This document shows positions 62,801 through 64,000 of a DNA stretch of 64,000 nt, one piece after another. This DNA comes from Adineta vaga. Its lineage: Eukaryota; Animalia; Rotifera. Made by a program: the position numbers and the translations under genes. Below the pieces are notes generated by a model. The model saw nothing but the letters and a program-made list of their open reading frames with translations, was not told the DNA's origin and did not search any database. Each line of letters opens with the position of its first letter. The first letter of the stretch is position 1. Location: contig CP075493.1 of the NCBI GenBank assembly GCA_021613535.1, positions 17,174,001 to 17,238,000 on the forward strand, in the 5' to 3' direction.

Positions 62801-64000
62801 ATCCCAAAATTATTCGCAGAAGTCAAAGAACAACTCGAGTATATTTAATTTTACTATTATCATCTTTATTCATTCTTATTCTTTATACATTATTAAGGCA
62901 AGAAACTTTTATAGAGATTATTCAAAATCCATCAGTATCAAAATATAGAGAATTATTCTCTCAATATTCTTTCAAATTGCAATGTCCTTGTAGTCGTATT
63001 GCAATTAAACACAATCAATTTATTTCTCAACTCAAACCACAATATCATCCGATTTGTCATAGTATATTTGTTTCTCCACGATGGTTAGAAAGTCTAATAG
63101 GCCCAAGTTTCTATGGTCTTTTAAGAATGTCTTATGGTGATGATTATCGAGCATTAATTCATGTACAATTTCAGACAATAGCAAAACTTTGTAAACTTTC
63201 TAAAATTATGTTGAATATATCAATGTCACGATTCGAACAGACGGATTTTATGACAGCAAATCTTATCTCCAATGACGAATTCAATCTTCAAATAGAATTA
63301 TTAATAGAACAGTTTAAACAAACAACATTCAATCAATTTATGGAGACATTCAAATTAATTCAACTAATAAATCATGGAAATCAATTAGCGACAGTGTTGA
63401 AGTCGAATTGGAATTTTATTTTCGAAAGATCTTCTGATCACAATGAAACTCCCAGTCTACTAAAAGATATGTTGGCTGTACCACAACAATACGGTGCAGA
63501 GAACTGTTCATGTGACGTGCAATCAAACTGTTCAAAGTATCCTGGTATTTACGTCGAGAATCCGAAGAAGCTATTCACCGAAACGATACCAGGATTTCTC
63601 GTCGGATGTTTACCATTGAATGCTCTTCTTCAATCAAATTTAGATTGTCTTTTTAATGAAACATGTCTATCTATAATGCGAGCATTTATTTTCTATGTTA
63701 ATCCTATTCCATTCGAAGTCTTAAAGTATTCATCATTAGCAATCCCAAATACAACGATCGATACCATTCTGAATCAATTGTTTGTTTCCGATTGGTTGCA
63801 AAATACATCATTCGATCTTTATTTTAATCAATGTGCCCCTCAATTGTGTCAATATTCATATTTAACGGAATATAATACAGTTTATGTTGCGACCACTTTG
63901 ATTGCGCTCTTTGGTGGTCTAACTATTGGTCTACGTTTCTTTGTGCATTATACAGCACTAATAATACACAAAATTACTGATAGTCGTAAGAAAAAAAATC
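59897..64000 (+). CDS. Large membrane protein made of tandem TM-Cys-rich ectodomain-TM modules, runs off the window
   Basis: Three homologous exons (59897-about 61174, about 61309-62660, about 62712-64000). Each has LNLF, T(R/H).YL-TM, L.CPC, P.YH..C.S.F, QF...L..LC, GC/ECFY, W....SF..YF..C....C.Y and a final TM with GL.GGL. Confidence 0.8.

Overview
AT-rich eukaryotic DNA with short (about 50-60 nt) GT-AG introns. The gene content points to a bdelloid rotifer, most likely Adineta-like: NHL-repeat proteins, orphan GPCRs, an LDLa-EGF-GPCR, F-box/LRR genes, an ADP-ribosyltransferase, a very large GTPase and several bacterial/fungal-type enzymes. Many genes are truncated or frameshifted. DNA transposons include an apparently intact MULE with a 9-bp TSD, a CMC-type non-autonomous element with a 2-bp TSD splitting an NHL gene, KDZ and hAT relics, and a dense MITE/Helitron cluster at 46.5-50.3 kb. 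The most striking unexplained structure is about 20 short (40-100 bp) cassettes made of a G-strand tract of the bdelloid telomere repeat (TGTGGG/TGAGGG), a unique spacer, and then the inverted C-strand tract. No TSDs are evident, and many sit exactly at the breakpoint of a truncated gene or transposon. Several share a non-telomeric outer extension, CATCTTGA. I interpret them (inference) as scars of telomerase-templated healing followed by end-to-end joining of double-strand breaks, with the extension possibly revealing the template flank of the telomerase RNA. Other highlights are a DddW-like cupin next to an MDR reductase, a two-GTPase VLIG protein with an inserted YfaP-like domain, and an F-box gene with 17 phase-0 84-nt LRR exons. 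All family assignments are by eye from motifs; no searches were run.
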